From: Arenicella sp.
GTDB lineage: Bacteria > Pseudomonadota > Gammaproteobacteria > Arenicellales > Arenicellaceae
NCBI GenBank assembly: GCA_047625975.1
Contig: JBLHRL010000005.1
Span: 2,601 to 66,600 of the forward strand
Direction: 5' to 3'
Length of the DNA stretch: 64,000 nucleotides
Positions within the stretch are counted from its first letter, which is position 1. The number at the start of each line of letters is the position of its first letter. Shown here one piece after another: positions 61,428 to 64,000 of this stretch. The notes below the pieces were generated by a model that made no database searches, was not told where the DNA came from, and saw only the letters and a list, made by a program, of their open reading frames with translations. A program made the translations under genes and the position numbers.

Positions 61428-63437
61428 CTATTCAGTTAGTGACAGCTTATTGACTGTGGCAACTACGTTCTCGACAGTAAAACCAAAATGCTCAAATAAC
61501 CGATCAGCAGGAGCCGATTCACCAAAGCTTGTCATCCCGATAACGGCACCTTGAAGACCAACATATTTGTACCAGTAATCACTAATACCGGCTTCTAAGG
61601 CAACGCGCTTGGTGACCGACATTGGGAGAACGGCCTCTTTATAAGCTGCATCTTGGGCATCGAAGAAATCGGTCGAAGGCATTGATACGACGCGAACAGC
61701 CTTTCCTTCTTTTGCCAGCACAATAGAGGCGTCCATCGCCAGAGCGACTTCTGACCCTGTTGCAATCAAAATAATGTCAGCCGTACCTTCACAATCCTTT
61801 AATACGTACCCACCTTTTTCAATATTAGCTAACTGCTGTGAATCACGCACTTGATGAGGTAGGTTTTGACGTGAAAAAACCAAGCTACTCGGTTTGTCTT
61901 GCGCTTCGATCGCCAATTTCCAAGCCACCAAAGACTCGACGGCATCACATGGACGCCATAATGACATATTTGGAATCAAGCGCAAGCTGGCTACGTGCTC
62001 AACGGGCTGATGGGTTGGGCCGTCTTCGCCCAGGCCAATTGAGTCATGGGTTAAGACATAGATGACTGGCTGCTTCATCAATGCTGACATCCGCATACCA
62101 TTGCGCATATAATCAGCAAACACCAAGAAGGTACCTCCATAGGCCTTAAAACCGCCATGTAAAGCAATACCATTTGAAATTGCGGCCATCGCAAACTCGC
62201 GCACACCAAAGTATAAATAGTTGCCCGATGCATCATCGGCACTTATTCCTTTTGAGCCATCCCAAATAGTATAGTTGGATCCAGCCAAATCGGCTGAACC
62301 GCCGATCAATTCCGGCAGCAGCGGCCCTAATTGATTCAACGAATTTAAACTCGCTTTTCGGGTTGCTATAGTCTGCGCAGCATGGTCAGCTTCGACGACT
62401 AACTTGGCCGATTCAGTGGCCCAGTTAGCGGGTAGTTCGGCGCCCATGCGGCGAGAGAATTCAGCCGCCTGAGCTGGATTTTCCGCTTGGTATGCATCAT
62501 AGGTAGCTTGCCACACTTGCTCAGCTGCGGCCCCTTTGCCGCTACCATCCCAAGCAGATTTTATGTCAGCGGGCACCTCAAACGGAGCCGCATCCCAACC
62601 TAGACGCTCTCGCATTAAGGTGACTTCGTCAGCACCTAACGGCGAGCCATGACAGTTTTCAGAGCCTTCCTTATTTGGCGAACCCTTACCAATCACGGTT
62701 TTACAACAGACTAAAGTAGGTTTGGATGTCTCCGCTCTGGCTGCGATTATAGCGGCGTGCAAAGCCTCGGCATCATGACCGTCGACATCCGCTATTACAT
62801 GCCAGCCGTAGGCTTCAAATCGAGCAGGCGTGTCGTCCGTAAACCAACCCTCAACTTCGCCATCAATCGAGATACCGTTGTCATCCCAGAAAGCCACAAG
62901 CTTACCCAGACCAAGGGTGCCTGCTAAGGAGCAAGTCTCATGAGAGATGCCTTCCATCATGCAGCCGTCACCCATAAACACATAGGTATTATGGTCAACG
63001 ATCGTATGCTTGGTAGTATTGAACTGTGCCGCCAACGTTTTCTCAGCAATAGCCATACCAACTGCATTAGCAACGCCTTGACCTAACGGGCCAGTTGTCG
63101 TTTCTACTCCGGGCGTGTAACCGTATTCGGGATGACCCGGGGTGTTTGAATGAAGTTGACGAAAACTCTTTAAGTCTGCGGCGCTAATGCCGTAGCCAGA
63201 GAGATGAAGAAGAGAGTAGATAAGCATCGACCCATGGCCATTAGACAAAACAAATCTATCGCGATTATGCCAGTTAGGATTTCTCGGATTATGACGTAAA
63301 AAATCATTCCATAAAACTTCGGCAATATCCGCCATCCCCATAGGTGCTCCAGGATGGCCGGAATTAGCTTGTTGAACTGCGTCGGCGCTGAGCACGCGAA
63401 TTGCGTTTGCGAGTTGTTGGCGATTTGTCGAAGACAT
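61428..63437 (-). CDS. tkt: Transketolase
   Basis: [17 protein letters not shown] and [15 protein letters not shown] motifs. Start set to ATG 63437 (AGGAG RBS). Confidence 0.98.
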   Translation of the reverse strand: MSSTNRQQLANAIRVLSADAVQQANSGHPGAPMGMADIAEVLWNDFLRHNPRNPNWHNRDRFVLSNGHGSMLIYSLLHLSGYGISAADLKSFRQLHSNTPGHPEYGYTPGVETTTGPLGQGVANAVGMAIAEKTLAAQFNTTKHTIVDHNTYVFMGDGCMMEGISHETCSLAGTLGLGKLVAFWDDNGISIDGEVEGWFTDDTPARFEAYGWHVIADVDGHDAEALHAAIIAARAETSKPTLVCCKTVIGKGSPNKEGSENCHGSPLGADEVTLMRERLGWDAAPFEVPADIKSAWDGSGKGAAAEQVWQATYDAYQAENPAQAAEFSRRMGAELPANWATESAKLVVEADHAAQTIATRKASLNSLNQLGPLLPELIGGSADLAGSNYTIWDGSKGISADDASGNYLYFGVREFAMAAISNGIALHGGFKAYGGTFLVFADYMRNGMRMSALMKQPVIYVLTHDSIGLGEDGPTHQPVEHVASLRLIPNMSLWRPCDAVESLVAWKLAIEAQDKPSSLVFSRQNLPHQVRDSQQLANIEKGGYVLKDCEGTADIILIATGSEVALAMDASIVLAKEGKAVRVVSMPSTDFFDAQDAAYKEAVLPMSVTKRVALEAGISDYWYKYVGLQGAVIGMTSFGESAPADRLFEHFGFTVENVVATVNKLSLTE

Positions 63438-63776
63438 GAAGAAAGCTCCTGGAGCAAAAATTTGGAAAATTAGACCAGTGCCGTCTAGCCAAAACAGGCC
63501 GACACACACCACGCCTATGAACAGGCCGTAATATAACAAATTTGAATATTGATTCCTCGAATGAGGGCAGAAATATGTACTTTTTTGTAAGACTCGGCGT
63601 CCTTTGCTTACGAAAACTAAGTGATTAAGCTAATTAGCAAAAAAAAAGAGACTACGTGAACGGCCAATCGCATAAAAAACGACGCAACGCGGGTTTCCCA
63701 GCATAGGGATAAGCATAATCGTCAGGTTGGAAAAAAATGATATCAAAGGCTAATATTTAAACAGCTTGGTAGACAA

Positions 63777-64000
63777 TTAGAAGTAGGAGAAAGCCACGCC
63801 AAGCGCGACTAATTTAGGCACTATGAAAGCCGTATCACCAATTTTCACCACCGCTTCGACATAACGTTTGTCCATACCTTCAGGCAACTCACCAAACTCT
63901 AGGTCGGGCTCTACCGTAATGCGTTTTACTTCACCATGGCAAAACAAACCTGCATAGGTTTTTCTTGCTGCTTTGGGAATTGGGTTTAAGACAACAAGTA
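63777..64000 (-). CDS. C-terminal part of a CheW-like (ChpC-type) protein, runs off window end
   Basis: Manual translation LVVLNPIPKAARKTYAGLFCHGEVKRITV...VEAVVKIGDTAFIVPKLVALGVAFSYF*; absent from the ORF track. Confidence 0.5.
   Translation of the reverse strand, partial: LVVLNPIPKAARKTYAGLFCHGEVKRITVEPDLEFGELPEGMDKRYVEAVVKIGDTAFIVPKLVALGVAFSYF

Noticed and set aside
63438-63539. Hydrophobic N-terminal extension of transketolase in the ORF track
   Set aside because: Artefact of an upstream TTG; the AGGAG RBS supports ATG 63437. Similar over-extensions apply to pilP, fmt, rsmB and DUF4390.

Overview
Core-genome window from a Gammaproteobacterium (GC roughly mid-40s % by eye; gene order resembles marine Pseudomonas/Chromatiales-like lineages, which is inference only). 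It is densely coding and holds housekeeping blocks: ybbP-ybbA/tesA, hemE-gltD-gltB-aroK-pilQPONM/mrcA, topA-smg-dprA-LysM/def-fmt-rsmB-DUF4390-ntrY-ntrX-trkA-trkH, lpxL, msrB, argG/argD-argF, sufE-cysS, dsbB, a fimV-like gene and pgk-tkt. I see no rRNA, tRNA, CRISPR array, integrase or transposase. The most notable items: (1) a FAN1-like VRR-NUC nuclease fused to a DEDDh 3'-5' exonuclease, with a near-consensus LexA box lying on the -10 of its sigma70 promoter; (2) a stand-alone phosphatase resembling eukaryotic glucan phosphatases (laforin/SEX4/LSF2); (3) an unannotated DUF2853-like pseudogene; (4) three candidate leaderless mRNAs; (5) an NtrX lacking GAFTGA with a degenerate Walker B; (6) a degenerate triplication of the dsbB 3' end; (7) a long gltB leader with a hairpin before the RBS. 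All family assignments come from motif recognition and memory, with no database search.
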